Source: Octopus bimaculoides
Taxonomy: Eukaryota
DNA: 64,000 nt
Assembly (NCBI RefSeq): GCF_001194135.2
Contig: NC_068988.1
Location: forward strand, 28,560,397-28,624,396
Reading direction: 5' to 3'
Shown here one piece after another: positions 51,143-63,987 of this stretch. Within the stretch, counting starts at the first letter, position 1, and every line of letters starts with the position of its first letter. A program made the translations under genes and the position numbers. The notes below the pieces were generated by a model that ran no database searches, was not told where the DNA came from, and saw only the letters and a list, made by a program, of their open reading frames with translations.

Positions 51143-52488
51143 CAGTGGAATTGGACGAGACTATAGAACATTGGCTTGGATGCATTACCTTTTGGTGCTT
51201 CATATTTTAAAGTCCAGGTCCTACTGGGTTCATCCTTTATATGTTTGATAAGTACCAGTAATATACCATGGACATTATGGATTATATGATTCCTTTACAA
51301 AATACTGGTCTTGTACCTTGTCAAGAAATCTATGTTGCTGTTGATAAAATTTTAAGTACTTTTGTACGATTTTGTTCAGAGTTATTGATTAAAAATTTAT
51401 TTTAGGTGCTGACGTTATGAAGTCTCAGGGTCAGTCCCACTGTGTGGCATCTCAGGCAGGTGTCTTCTACTAAAGCCTTGTGAGTGGATTTGGTAGATAG
51501 AAACTGAATCCCATCATATATAATGTATTTACCTTTATGATGATAATCTTGTGATGGTCGTAAAGGATCATCAACACCATACAAGTTTTGTTCATTTCCA
51601 GTCTTTTGTGAAAGATATGTTTTGGCCATAGGAAATATAACCTTGCTTGGAAATAGGCAGTGGTTGGTGACAGGAAAGGCATTTGGCCAAACAAAACCTA
51701 CCTCAACACAACAGGAAGAATAGATGATGGGGTGAAGAGTAAAGGGAGAGTCATCATGTTTATCTTCCATGCTAGCATGGCTTGAATGGGACCCAATGAA
51801 TTGAAGGATCTCAACCGGGGGTCCATATGGTCCCTGAGCGTCCATATAAGAGGTTTTGGGGGTCCATGCAACAAAATAGAAAATCTAGGATCCACAATAG
51901 TATTTTATGTATCCCTGAAAAAATTATACAGCTGGATGCCCTTACTAAAGTGAATCAGTATTTTATATGACTTCTCACAAAAGGACAAATTATTGAGTTT
52001 CATAAACATTTAAATTAAATTTATATCTCAAATATTTTATTTTAATGACATTTAAAACACGATATGAAGGTAAATTGAATACAGTTAAAACCATACCATT
52101 TAAAAATAAATGATGTTAAAACTGATGTGTGCATATATCACCAAATATTAAGAAAAATAGTGCTCAATACATGGTATAGAGCTTAGTCATATATCATTTA
52201 AAATATGGTTTTGAAGCAAAAGATTGCATAATATGATGAGTAATAGTGAGGAACTCAGTTCTTATATATGTATGTTTTATGTTGAGTTATAAAAAAGCAA
52301 AAAAAGAAACAATTTGACATTAAACTGAGGAATTACTCAATCCTTCTTTGTAGAATGCATAATATACTTTTACAAGGAGAAGGATTGACAGTGACTTTCG
52401 AAGTTTTAGTCTGCTCGCCTTTGTCAGACTGTTAGCTTACATCAAACAGTTGTAAGCTAGCAGGCTTAAATATAAACTTTGTAAATGT

Positions 52489-52542
<54 letters not shown>

Positions 52543-53476
52543 TACATATACATACTCTAATGTCAAACAGTGACAATGAGTGTTCAACAATGCATTGGTG
52601 GATAAATATTCTTTATTTGTAAGTTAACAAGGCTACCACTGGTTTCATGCAGAGAACTGTCAGCAATTATCAAGTCTGCCACTTGAGAAGTTGGCACTCG
52701 TCACCATCTTGGATAAGGTATTCTCAATTGCTGAGAAGTCTTGGCATGAAACCAATGGTAGCCTTGTTAACCCACAGAATATTTACATATATATAAATAG
52801 CTTTTAAATTAATTTATGGTAATGTTAAGGGTATGCAAATAAAGCTTTTATTTCATTATACTGGCTACCATTTAATGATACCGACTAATGAGTCAGTTTC
52901 TTAGGGTTGCATCATGATTATACCAATATAATGTAGGATAAATATAATAATCCTAGGATGGAACTTAAAAATATTTAATACATTGCTACACTTGCAGCAA
53001 TGCATTAAATATTTACAAATTCCATCAGAAAATCGTTGTTGTTATATATATATATATAGAGGGAGAGAGAGAGCATACAAAATACTCCATCTTATTTTAA
53101 TCAGCTTATAGTATTGGTTAAATGCTTTGTTATTGTTTAGAAAAATAATTTTATTATAGTCAAAGTGACTAGTTTTGTCAAAAATATATTGTTATTTACA
53201 ATTAAATCAGTCAAAGATTTCCTCTTCAACACTCAAATGTTTCTTTCTCAAAAACCTGTAGAAATTAGTTGCAACCATTTCAGTTTTGATTGGCAAATTT
53301 CTTCCTGGTAATCAGTGTTTGAAGTTCTCTTTTTTGACTTATTTATTCATAGAAACCAAACTTTCATTTGTATTTGGACCATAATCTTTAGACACTTTCA
53401 GTTGGTTTAGAAACATGCCATTTATTCTCTTGTTCTTTTGTATCAAACCATAAAAAGCTTTTGCAAGAATTTTGGT

Positions 53477-53539
53477 TTAAGCTTCTCTTTTTCTTTCCAC
53501 AGCTCTTCCATATTCTTTCATATTAGTCTCAAGAAAACC
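53477..53539 (-). CDS. cys2: Cys2-like terminal exon
   Basis: gctttcag|; [20 protein letters not shown]. Confidence 0.85.
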   Translation of the reverse strand, partial: GFLETNMKEYGRAVERKREA

Positions 53540-56500
53540 CTGAAAGCATAATAATTAACAATATTAACGAAGTTAGAGATTGGCACTTCTTCACACAGCT
53601 GTCCTCAGAAAACAAATATAATAAAACGGTCTGAAGATCCAGGTTGACCTGAGCTTACCTTCATGGCACTGCCGACACCATTTAAATCAAGCAAGAAAGT
53701 GTCATGTCCAAATATAGAACTCAGTTCATAGTAAGTCACAGCTTCATTTCCTGGAAAGAAAATAAGGGGTAGAAGATCATTTTGGGGCGGAGGTAAAGAA
53801 TATGCACACCACCCGTTTTTGGCATAACCTTAACCCTAAACGTCAGGTGTGTATATTCTTTACCTGCACCAGTTTTTGTATACTAATACATAATAATGTT
53901 GTGAATAATTTTTTTGTTTTACCTGGGTCAGTCATTGGACTGTGACCATGCATAGTTCTGGGTTCTGTCCTGTGTAGTACCTTGGCCAAGTGTATTTTAC
54001 TATAGCCTCAAGCTGACCAAAGCCTTGTGAGTGGATTTGGTAGATGGAAACTGAAAGAAGCTTATCATATATGTGTCTGTGTGTCTTTGTCCTCAACCAT
54101 CACTTGACAACTAATGTTGGTGTATTGATGTCCCTGTAACTTAGTGGTTTAGCAAAAAAGATTGATAGAATAAGTACCAGGCTTTAAGATAATAAAAACT
54201 AAGTACTGAGGTTAATTCATTCAACTAAAATTCTTCAGTGATGCCCCAGCATGGCCACAGTCTAATGACTGAAACAAGTAAAAAATAGAAGAAAGTTGGA
54301 AATGGTAGAATAGCTAATTTCACAAACTAAAAAATATATTATTTAGTAAAATTGATAAAAAAAAAAAAAAGTATAGTGAATTTACCTCAGAGAAAGGGAA
54401 ACCCAATGTTTCAGACAAATCCCCCCCCCCCCNNNNNNNNNNNNNNNNNNNNNNNNNNNNNNNNNNNNNNNNNNNNNNNNNNNNNNNNNNNNNNNNNNNN
54501 NNNNNNNNNNNNNNNNNNNNNNNNNNNNNNNNNNNNNNNNNNNNNNNNNNNNNNNNNNNNNNNNNNNNNNNNNNNNNNNNNNNNNNNNNNNATGGCAAGT
54601 TCATTGTACTTTTTTATTAATTTTACTAAATAATACAAGTCCTGCTGAGACAGACCAGCACCAGTCTCTTCGGAATCTGTTTAAACATATAAAAAATTTA
54701 TCATTTACATGTTTATCATTTACATGTTTATCATTTACATGTTTAAAACGTAAGACAAACTCACCAGCTTCTTGTAAACTTTCAGCCAGATTTCTCTGCT
54801 GCCAAACAGGGAACAAAATATCAGTCTTTACTCCAATAACCATGCATGGACAAGCAACACGGGCAAGACCTTCAGTTAAGGTGTCAAAACCATCTTGGAT
54901 ATCAAATAAATCCATTGCCTTGAAAAAACATAAAATCATTATTATTATTATTTCATTTTAGCTAACATATGCACATATTGTGGTTTGTTTAAACATTAAA
55001 CAGCTCAATACACTCTATAGTAAAGGGTGTGAAGTCTGGGGGGCCACACTGGGTCACAGCCTTCAAGGAGTTTTAGCAGATTTTATCAATCCCAGTACTT
55101 CAGTGTAGTCTTATTTTACCCATCACTTTTTATCGATCCCTTTTATGAATGCATTCTACAATTAGATGCCCTTCCTACCATCAACCACTTTACAGAGTGC
55201 ACTGGGTGCATTTTATCTTGACAATAGCACGAAATAGGCTACCTCTACAAAACTAACGAGCTCTCCTTCCCCCTCCTCACTACCTTGACTTCATTGTTTT
55301 ATCAACTCAGAGTGTATGGTGGGTGCATTTTATCATGGCATCAACATAAGAGAGGTTGCTTTGTCTCTTGCAAGGCCAAACAGTCTTCTCTACTCTTTGT
55401 TATCTCTGTTTGTTTAGGACAAATGCAACTGTGAGTGTAAACAGAGGAGGGAATGTTGATCAAGAGGGTGGCAGAAGAGAGATAGTATGAGTGTGATCAG
55501 AGAAATAGAATGATAGATGTGTGAAGGTGATGCAGGGAGAAAGTAATGAAGACAGCTGGATGTTCATAAGAAAAAAAACTGGAAAGAAAATTTGCATAAG
55601 CAACATAATGAAAAATTAGAATAGGATTGGTGTGATGGGGGGGGGGGGCGTGCTAGACCTCACTGTGGAGATGACAAGGGACTAAGACTTCTGACAATTT
55701 GCTGTGCTAGAGAAGACATGTCAAGCTAAGTAAAATAGTGGCCAACTATACATACAGGCTTGCAGGAGCTGGTGCCATGGTACCACATAAAAAGCACAGA
55801 TGTTGGTGCCAGGTAAAAAGCACCCTTCCTGGTGCCATGTAAAAAGCACCTCTGCTAGTGCCACATAAGAAACACCCACGATAGTTCCATGTAGTTCACA
55901 CCTGTGTGACTGCCATATAGAAAAGCACCTGTCTGGGACCACATAAGAAGCACCTGTTCTGGTGCCACATATAAAGCGCTCATGTCTTTGCTATGTATAA
56001 AGCATGTATATGTCAGTTCCATAAAAAAAAAAAACACCCAATACACTCTGTAAAGTGGTTGGCATTAAGAAGGGCATCGAGCTGTAGAAACCATGCCAAA
56101 ACAGTTCCCTGGCTGGCTAGCTCCTGTCAAACTGTCCAACCTATACCAGCATGGAAAACAGATGTTAAATAATAATCATGAAGACACACACACATACAAA
56201 CATATATACACACATACAAACACATGAATATATCAACAACTTTAAAAAAAACATGTAAAATGGAGAATTTCGTGTATTTTACCTTAGATATGTAAAGTAA
56301 GGAATTTGGATCATATTTCCTACTGAAACTTTCTCCTTGATATTCGAGATAACTTTCTATACTGAAAGTTGGACACAAAGTAGGTTCTTCAGTTGGGTCA
56401 ATCTTTTGTCGGCCAAATCTCTTGTTCCATTCAGGTCCACTGCGATATGTCATGGTAGCTATCTCTCTAAGAAACAATAATACAGCATTTCAAAATCTCA

Positions 56501-59500
56501 TATAATATTAAACTTGTACAAACTACAAATACAGGCGTAGGAGTGGATGTGTGGTAAGTAGCTTGCTTAAGAACTACATGGTTCCGGGTTCAGTCCCACT
56601 GTGTGGCACCTTGGGCAAGTGTCTTCTACTATAGCCTCAGGCTGTTTAAGTCTAAAGAAGAAACTAGTAATTCAATATAAGTTATAAATGACTTTTGTAA
56701 ATACAGAGTCAATATTTTGTTCAGTAAAGATACCTCCTTTTTCTAAGTGGGTGGCCTTTGTAATTTGCTCTGAACTCTAATAGTAGTGAGAGTATCTAGA
56801 CTGTTCATTAAACGGCCATAATATAAATTAGAAGCTGTAATATAATGTAGCTATGTGGATTATAGAGTAGCTGTATTATAAAGTGTCTTTTGTGAACATC
56901 CATACAAATGAGCTTTTTAGAAATTGTTGGGACAAGTTGGTGCTGTAGTATTATTATCTTGGCTGTGTATTTTGCTTGTAGAGGAAACAGCACATGATAG
57001 TGGTTTTGTTTGCTTGAGATATATGACACGTGTTTAGCAGTTGTTGAATCAGTGAGCGTTTATCACAGGATTCATGAATGATAAAGTGATAAATACATAG
57101 TGAGGGGGGGGGAAGTTACTCTCAATTGGATAGGGGTGGGAATTGAAAAGAGTTTGTTGACACACACCCCACACTGTAATGGGACGAGGTGTAGGTTGGA
57201 GTAGCACATGGATACTGTTAACATAATGACTGAATAGCTGTTAGGATTTAATTAATATGAAGAGTTGATGCAACATGGAATTATTTTGGTTAATAGTTTT
57301 AAGATAACATGCATACAAGAATAGATTTCCAAAACTAATTCAGGAAACTTGATGCACTTCATAGTCTACTGTTCTCATATCTTTTCATTTTTAACATTTT
57401 GTTTAGAAAACTCATCTTTCCTTGTAATCATCATCATCATCATCTTTTAACGTCCACTTTCCATGCTAGCATGGGTTGGACGATTTGACTGAGGACTGGT
57501 GAACCAGATGGCTACACCAGGCTCCAGTCTGATTTGGCAGAGTTTCTACAGCTGGATTCCTTTCCTTACCTATTTCCCCATGGCCAGACATTTTCACCGA
57601 ATATTGCAAATGAATGACCTCCATTTACAACCATATATGATGTCAAGACAAGGACAAACAGACAGACAAATAAACAAAACACATACATACATACACACAC
57701 ATACATACAATGGACTTCTTACAGTTTCCATCTACCAAATCCAATCACAAGACTTTGGTCAGTCCAAGGCCATAGTAGAAGACACTTGCCCAACATGCCA
57801 AGCAATAGAACTGAACTCACAATCAAGTAATTGAGACGATAAAGGGCCAAAAATGTTACAAAAAAACCTTTACGACAACTAAAATGAAACTATGTTAGTT
57901 TTAAACAATTCTTACAGAAACTAATATTTATACAACTCATAAAATAACTCCTGCGTTACAAAAACCAGTATTTTTACCGAGCAAGTTTCATCCCAACTGC
58001 TGGATACTGATGGTCATAATAATGACCATTATTCCAATTAGGGTCCATCATGATGATTTTTCGCTGAAGGTATCTCATGGCAATGGATGAAGGATGTGAT
58101 TGACTGCAGCTGGATATTGAGATCATTCTGAAAGAATGGGAAAAGCAACAAGATTAGGTCCATATCAAGGTTCCAAGTTCATAAAACTTTATTGATGTAA
58201 GAATTTAAAATTAAAATAACTATAGGTATATATATGGCTGTAAGGTTAAGAAGCTCACTTTACACCATGTGGTTTCAGGTTCAGTTCCACTGTGTGGTAC
58301 CTTGGGCAAATGTCTCCTACTATAGCTTTATCCAATGTCTTGTGATTGAGTTTGATAGGCACAAACTGCATGGAAGCCCATCAATATATATTTTTGGGGG
58401 GCCCATGCAACAAAATAGAAAATTGAGGATCCACAATAGTATTGTATGTGTCCCTGAAAAAATTTTGCTTTTGATGTATGTATTGCAAGAAACAACCAGT
58501 TTTTTTTTCTCTAGCATTTTACACAGTTCAACCTACACAAGTTAACATGTGAGAAACAAAATAAGAATTTTGAATGAAGCTTCTATAAAACTAGTTTTTA
58601 AATATCAAAAGACAGAATAAAATAGTAATCAAAGGGGTCCATAGATTAAAAAAATGGTTGAGAAACCCTGCTCTAGAATGTCACCCTGAAGATTAGAGAT
58701 AATTATATGGAAACCATTAATCAGCTTACCTTCCAACTCTGTCAGGATAAAGTGCTGCTGACATTAATGAAATCATTCCACCCAATGAGGAACCAAGACA
58801 ACCATGAAGCTATTGGACAGTAACAAGATGAACAGAATGAAAGAATATTGCATGAAGAAGTTAATAGATGAAAGCATTACAAATATAATCTTGCTTGAGA
58901 TAATCCTAATCTTCTCTAATGACTTCCTTTTAATACAAAACCCCAAACCAACAAACTATCAATTAAAACATTCATTCTTTCTTCTTACTCAACTGTAAAT
59001 GGGTAGCTCTGTGATGGACTAGCCTTTTGACCAGGGGCAATGTAGGCTTGCTAACCGAGCCAACAGAATGGCATCATTCAAAAGCTAAAATGATGCAAAG
59101 TGCATTGTGATCAGCAATGTATAACATCATCTGATAGTCTGATCAATCATGTGATCACGTGATAAGATAAAGAAATAAGATACCAAGTACATGCAATGAA
59201 GTGCATTATTTACATTTGACGGATATCTGTCCTCATCTTGTTTGTTGTTAATACAGCATTTCGGCTGATATACCCTCCAGCCTTCATCAGGTGTCTTGGG
59301 GAAATTTCGAACCTGGGTTCTCAATCGTAAGCATTGCCCAAACGACCTCAACATTAGCTTCAAAATTCATCCAAGGCTGGGACTACAGGCCATATGTCTC
59401 CCTACCAATTCAGGATCACAATACATAAATACACTGCAACACAATTTCTTTTCCTCAACAGGGCCTGCCCTATTTAAAATTGTCCCAAAACAGATCAAAG

Positions 59501-61915
59501 AAAAAAAAGGATCCCATCACCTTTAAACAGAATCTGGACAAATTTCGTCAAGAAATACCGAATAAGCCACTCATTCCTGGACACAACTCACTCAACAAGA
59601 ACTCCCTACTTGAGTAGACTATGATACCACAAAACATGACTTAAAAAGGGATTTAGATAATCCTATCAGGTGGTGCTATTAAGTTAGACATGGGCTGGAC
59701 CAATCTTTGGTTGAAACCTATCTAAGTTTTATATATATATATATNNNNNNNNNNNNNNNNNNNNNNNNNNNNNNNNNNNNNNNNNNNNNNNNNNNNNNNN
59801 NNNNNNNNNNNNNNGAGAGAGAGAGAGAGAGCCTAAAACTTCAAAGTTTAAGTGATATAGTTGATATACAAAAAAACTTAATGGTGAGAAGAAGAAATTC
59901 AATTTACCTTCTTAATTCCAAGGTAATCAAGTAACAAGAATGATGAGTGAACCATATCTTCGACACTAACCAAAGGGAATGTGGTACCAAAAGGCTGCAA
60001 ATGAAATGAGACAGGAAAAATATATTTCACACCGGAATTTCATTTAATGATAAAAACAGAACCTCATTTAGTAGTAGTAATAGTAATAGTAGTAGTAGTA
60101 GTAATTTATGCACAAAACCAGCTATTTTGAAGGTGAGTATGAGTCATCTTATTTGGAGTTACTGTCCTCCTAAAAAGTTCAAAAGGACCACAACTTGACT
60201 GAATATTTCAACTTTGGTTATGGTTTCTATGGTTGGATGCCCTTCTTATCAACCAATTTACAGAGTGAACAGAGAGTATTTCATTGTGGCACCAACAATA
60301 GAGAGCATTATTTACATTATTTACATTTGACGGATATTTGTCCTCGTCTTGTTTGTTGTTAACACAACATTTCGGCTAATATACCCTCCAGTCTTCATCA
60401 AGTGTCTTGGGGAAATTTCGAACCTGGGTTCTCATTCCTAAGGTATACTTACATGCACATATCCATATGTATGTGTGTGTGTGCATTTATATATGTACAT
60501 TGATGCAATAAAATTTCTTACCTAGAACTATATAAGAATTTTCAAAATACAATTTATAAGGGAGAAATATTTCCTCAAACTCACCTTTCCAGTACTTGGG
60601 TTCAATGAACTAGGACCACTGAAATACAAAACATTTGACAAGAAGCATGGGTATAAAACAAAACGAGAACAACAGAGAAGTGTTTCTTACCATATTTACT
60701 CATGTATAAGTCACACCCCTAATTTAGTCTTAAATCTTGGTACAAAATGTTTTCCCTTCATGGTTAAACATGTTACCACCTTTGCTTTGTGTCATGCCCC
60801 AGTTTTTTCAGTTAAAATCAAATATGAAAAACTGACTTATACGCAAGCTTATATAAAACATTTTAGATAATGCAACAGTATACATCAGGAAACAAAGTTT
60901 TGAAGATTATGAGAAAATCTGGCTGAAAGAAGGCCTGTGTTGTAAGAGATTACTGTTGAAATTAATACATCTTGGTCACAATGGAAGATTTATAGTTCAT
61001 ATTACTGTGTGTGTGTGTGTATGTATTTTGGAAATTCAAGAGATGTGAAATAAATCGTTTTTAACAATGGAACTTGAAGTAGATAAAGCTATAAATAATA
61101 AAATGTAAATCTTTGGTTTAAAAAAAAAAAAGCCTGAATAGGAAAAGTCAAAAGTGGCCCATCATTACCAGCATCAACATTTAACATCTATACTTCCATG
61201 CTGGCACAGGTTGGATGGTCTAACAGAATGCAACGGACCCAAGGACTGCTTTGGCATGGTTTCTATGGCTGGACGCCCTTCCTATCACCAACTACTTTCA
61301 TCATCATCATTGTTTAACGTCCACTTTCCATGCTGGCATGGGTTGAATGGTTTGACTGAGGTCTGGCAAGCCAGGTGGCTGCAATCCGATCTGGCAATGT
61401 TTCTACAGCTGGATGCCCTTCCTAACACCAACCACTCCAAGAGTGTAGTGGGTGCTTTTTATGTACCACTAGCACGAGGGCCAGTCAGGCAGTACTGGCA
61501 TCGGCCACACTTGAATGGTGCTTTTTACATGCCACCAGCACAGGAGCCAGTCAGGCGGCACTGGCAATGACTACGCTTGAATGGTGATTTTTACATGCCA
61601 CCGGCATGGGACCAGTTAGCTGGCACTGGCGTCGACCACACTCGAATGGTGCGTTTTATGTGCCTCCAGCATGGGAGTCAGTCAGGCGGCACTGGCTTCG
61701 ACCATGCTCAAATGGTGCTTTTTATGTGCCACTGGCATAGGTGCCAACCAGGCAGTACTGACATCAGCCACGACAATGACTTCACTTGACTCAACAGGTC
61801 TTTTCGAGCACATTTTATTGGCCAATGATTGAAGGGTACTCTTAAATGGACTGGTTATGCTGCACTGGCATAGACCACAGTTACCGTCTCACTTGGCTTG
61901 CTGGGTCCTCTCAAG

Positions 61916-61950
<35 letters not shown>

Positions 61951-63987
61951 CCAGATTTTAAAAAAATTTTTAATCTGAAAACCAGGGTTTATATAAGACC
62001 AGGTAAAGCTTTAACAGGTTCTCATGAGCTCTTATCTAACGAGAGAAGTGTAGAAGACAGCAAAGACTATCAAGGTCTGTTTATGGAAACATTAATATTG
62101 GTAATAAGGTTGACAGAACAGATAACAAAAAAAAACTTGATATTTACATTGATATTCATTAGTTCTATAAATGACTTCCTACTTTTTAACCTAATTAATG
62201 AATTGTTCACGGTAAATTTAAGCTTCACTATTTTTCTGTGTCATTATCTTGTTCTCACATTCAAATAAAAATAGATATGGTTGAGGTCACTTCACACCTG
62301 TGTAGTTCTGGCTTTGATACCACAGAACAACATTTTGGGAAAACATACTCTTCTACCAGCGTAGCATTGTATTCATACAAATAAAATAGGGGCACAAATT
62401 TCAATAAGTGAGCAGCCAAAATTTCTAATAGTTGCTGTTTTAGAAGTGAATTAGGGATCAAGTTTTTGTTAGAACTTTGGTCACGTCAAATATACCCTTT
62501 TCTGTTTATGGAACCACAGAGTTCAAAAGGCGGAATTGTGGTAGAATACATTTGATTTTGTATCATATTTTAAAACATATTAATTTATCCTTTGGATCTT
62601 TCAAAGGCCAATGAAATAAGAATTTGTAACACAGGTATAAATATTATCCACCATAGTAATTGATAATGCTTTTTAATTAGTTAAAATCAAAAAGATGCAA
62701 GTTTAAAACAATCTAGGTGGGATTTTGAATGTTCTGTGTCATATAGTTTTTTTGGTTTTTATTTCTTTTTCCCTCCAGTGGCATCTGTTTGAAAGCTGTT
62801 TTAGAATGGTGTTGCCTTGGTAACCAAAGTAAATGAACTGCAGGTTTAAATCTTCGTTCTATGATGATTTCACTGAGTGGCCTTGTGTTGGTGAGCCGAA
62901 CTACCCTAAAAATCACATTCAACCATCTTAAAAAGGCAGGGGAAGAATACATTGGATAATGTGATCCAAGATATATTATGTCAGGGAAAAAAGACAAGAT
63001 GGTCATGGCTAGAATGTCCTTGACCACAGGTCTGCTTGATCAGAGTTGACTTGGGTTTAATCCTTTAGCATTTAAACCGGCCATATCAGGTCCAAATATT
63101 TTACCTGTTTTAATATAAAACAGGTAAAACAGCTTTTGTCTCTCATACCTACCCAATTATAATTTTAGAAATTTACAATCACGTCATTGAAATCTCAAAG
63201 CTTCAAGGTAATGCATAATTAATTCAAAATAGAGTGAATAAATAAGCATTACATTTGACAGTGTAATCAGAATGTTGAAGAGTTAAACACAGTGGAGGTG
63301 CAATGGCCCAGTGGTTAGGGCAGCAGACTAGCAGTCAAAGGATCGCGGTTTCGATTCCCAGACCGGGCGTTGTGAGTGTTTATTGAGCGAAAACACCTAA
63401 AGCTCCACGAGGCTCTGGTAGGGGATGGTGGCGGACCCTGCTGTACTCTTTCACCACAACTTTCTCTCACTCTTTCTTCCTGTAATTCAAAGGGTCAGCC
63501 TTTGTTGTGCCTGTAATTCAAAGGGTCAGCCTTGTCAAACTGTGTCACGCTGAATATCCCCGAGAACTACATTAAGGGTACACGTGTCTGTGGAGTGCTC
63601 AGCCACTTGCACGTTAATTTCATGAGAAGGCTGTTCCGTTGATCGGCTCAACTGGAACCCTCGACGTCGTAAGCAACGGAGTGCCAACAAATAAACACAA
63701 TCCTGCTCTCATATAACTATCCCTGTCCCAAGAATACTTAAAAAGTGCTGCAGTTATTTTCATTAACCTCAACACTGCTTCCTCTTCTTCCTTTGTTTCA
63801 CTAAAAACGAATAAGCAACAGATTAAAAATACAGAACAAGAAAGAGTTAAAAGTATTGTTGTTGATATAATTACCTTGATCCATAGCAACCACCGATATT
63901 GTTTGTACAGATGACAAAATATTTGTCTGTGTCAATAGGGTGGCCTGGTCCGATGAATTTTTCCCACCAACCAGGCTCTGGACTTTT
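53477..63987 (-). CDS. cys2: MetX/homoserine O-acyltransferase family protein, Cys2 / serine O-succinyltransferase-like (5'-partial, 9 exons, 318 aa in window)
   Basis: complement join(63987-63875,60618-60585,59994-59908,58809-58730,58127-57978,56466-56283,54918-54765,53750-53659,53539-53477), all GT-AG and in phase. Motifs: [35 protein letters not shown], nucleophile elbow [27 protein letters not shown], catalytic Asp (TDILFP) and His (GHDTFL). The family call is firm; substrate specificity is inferred. Confidence 0.9.
53659..53750 (-). CDS. cys2: Cys2-like exon (catalytic His)
   Basis: [30 protein letters not shown]. Confidence 0.93.
54765..54918 (-). CDS. cys2: Cys2-like exon (catalytic Asp)
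   Basis: AMDLFD...[25 protein letters not shown]. Confidence 0.93.
56283..56466 (-). CDS. cys2: Cys2-like exon
   Basis: [18 protein letters not shown]...[20 protein letters not shown]. Confidence 0.93.
57978..58127 (-). CDS. cys2: Cys2-like exon
   Basis: [49 protein letters not shown]. Confidence 0.93.
58395..58672. mobile_element. hAT-like MITE remnant; related piece at about 51765-51925
   Basis: Ends ggttgagaaaccctg (CAGGGTTTCTCAAC TIR type); shared block catgcaacaaaatagaaaa...ggatccacaatagt. Confidence 0.45.
58730..58809 (-). CDS. cys2: Cys2-like exon (catalytic Ser)
   Basis: [26 protein letters not shown]. Confidence 0.93.
59200..59327 (-). mobile_element. Hammerhead-bearing repeat family A copy (Cys2 intron), degenerate
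   Basis: Same sequence family; motif at 59251-59294 reads CUGAUGA...CAGCC-GAAAUGCU. Confidence 0.65.
59330..59700 (+). mobile_element. 3' end of a CR1-group LINE
   Basis: Decayed [19 protein letters not shown]...FKQNLDKF...IPNKPLIPG...NSLLE, typical of the CR1-group ORF2 C-terminus. Confidence 0.55.
59908..59994 (-). CDS. cys2: Cys2-like exon
   Basis: [29 protein letters not shown]. Confidence 0.92.
60305..60446 (-). mobile_element. Hammerhead-bearing repeat family A copy (Cys2 intron), degenerate
   Basis: Motif at 60362-60405 reads UUGAUGA...UAGCC-GAAAUGUU. Confidence 0.65.
60585..60618 (-). CDS. cys2: Cys2-like exon (34 nt)
   Basis: [11 protein letters not shown]; gtatttcag| and |gtgagt. 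Confidence 0.9.
61300..61920 (-). mobile_element. RTE-tail SINE-like repeat with an internal 65-66-bp tandem array
   Basis: (CAT)n-ttaacgtccactttccatgc end shared with copies at about 14480, 18700, 26925, 27990, 32820, 46985, 55780 and 57430; five units start at about 61452, 61517, 61583, 61648 and 61714. Confidence 0.7.
63293..63690 (+). mobile_element. tRNA-derived SINE, same family as 45587-45935
   Basis: Colinear with the 45587 copy; internal duplication of tgtaattcaaagggtcagcc. Confidence 0.8.
63875..63987 (-). CDS. cys2: Cys2-like exon (first in window)
   Basis: [37 protein letters not shown]; ctttatag| and |gtaatt. Confidence 0.92.

Noticed and set aside
62261-62461. Possible extra Cys2 exon (AG|gtgtga donor at about 62298)
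   Set aside because: Exons 63987-63875 and 60618-60585 already join seamlessly (GGCYGS-S-GPSS), leaving no room for an insertion.
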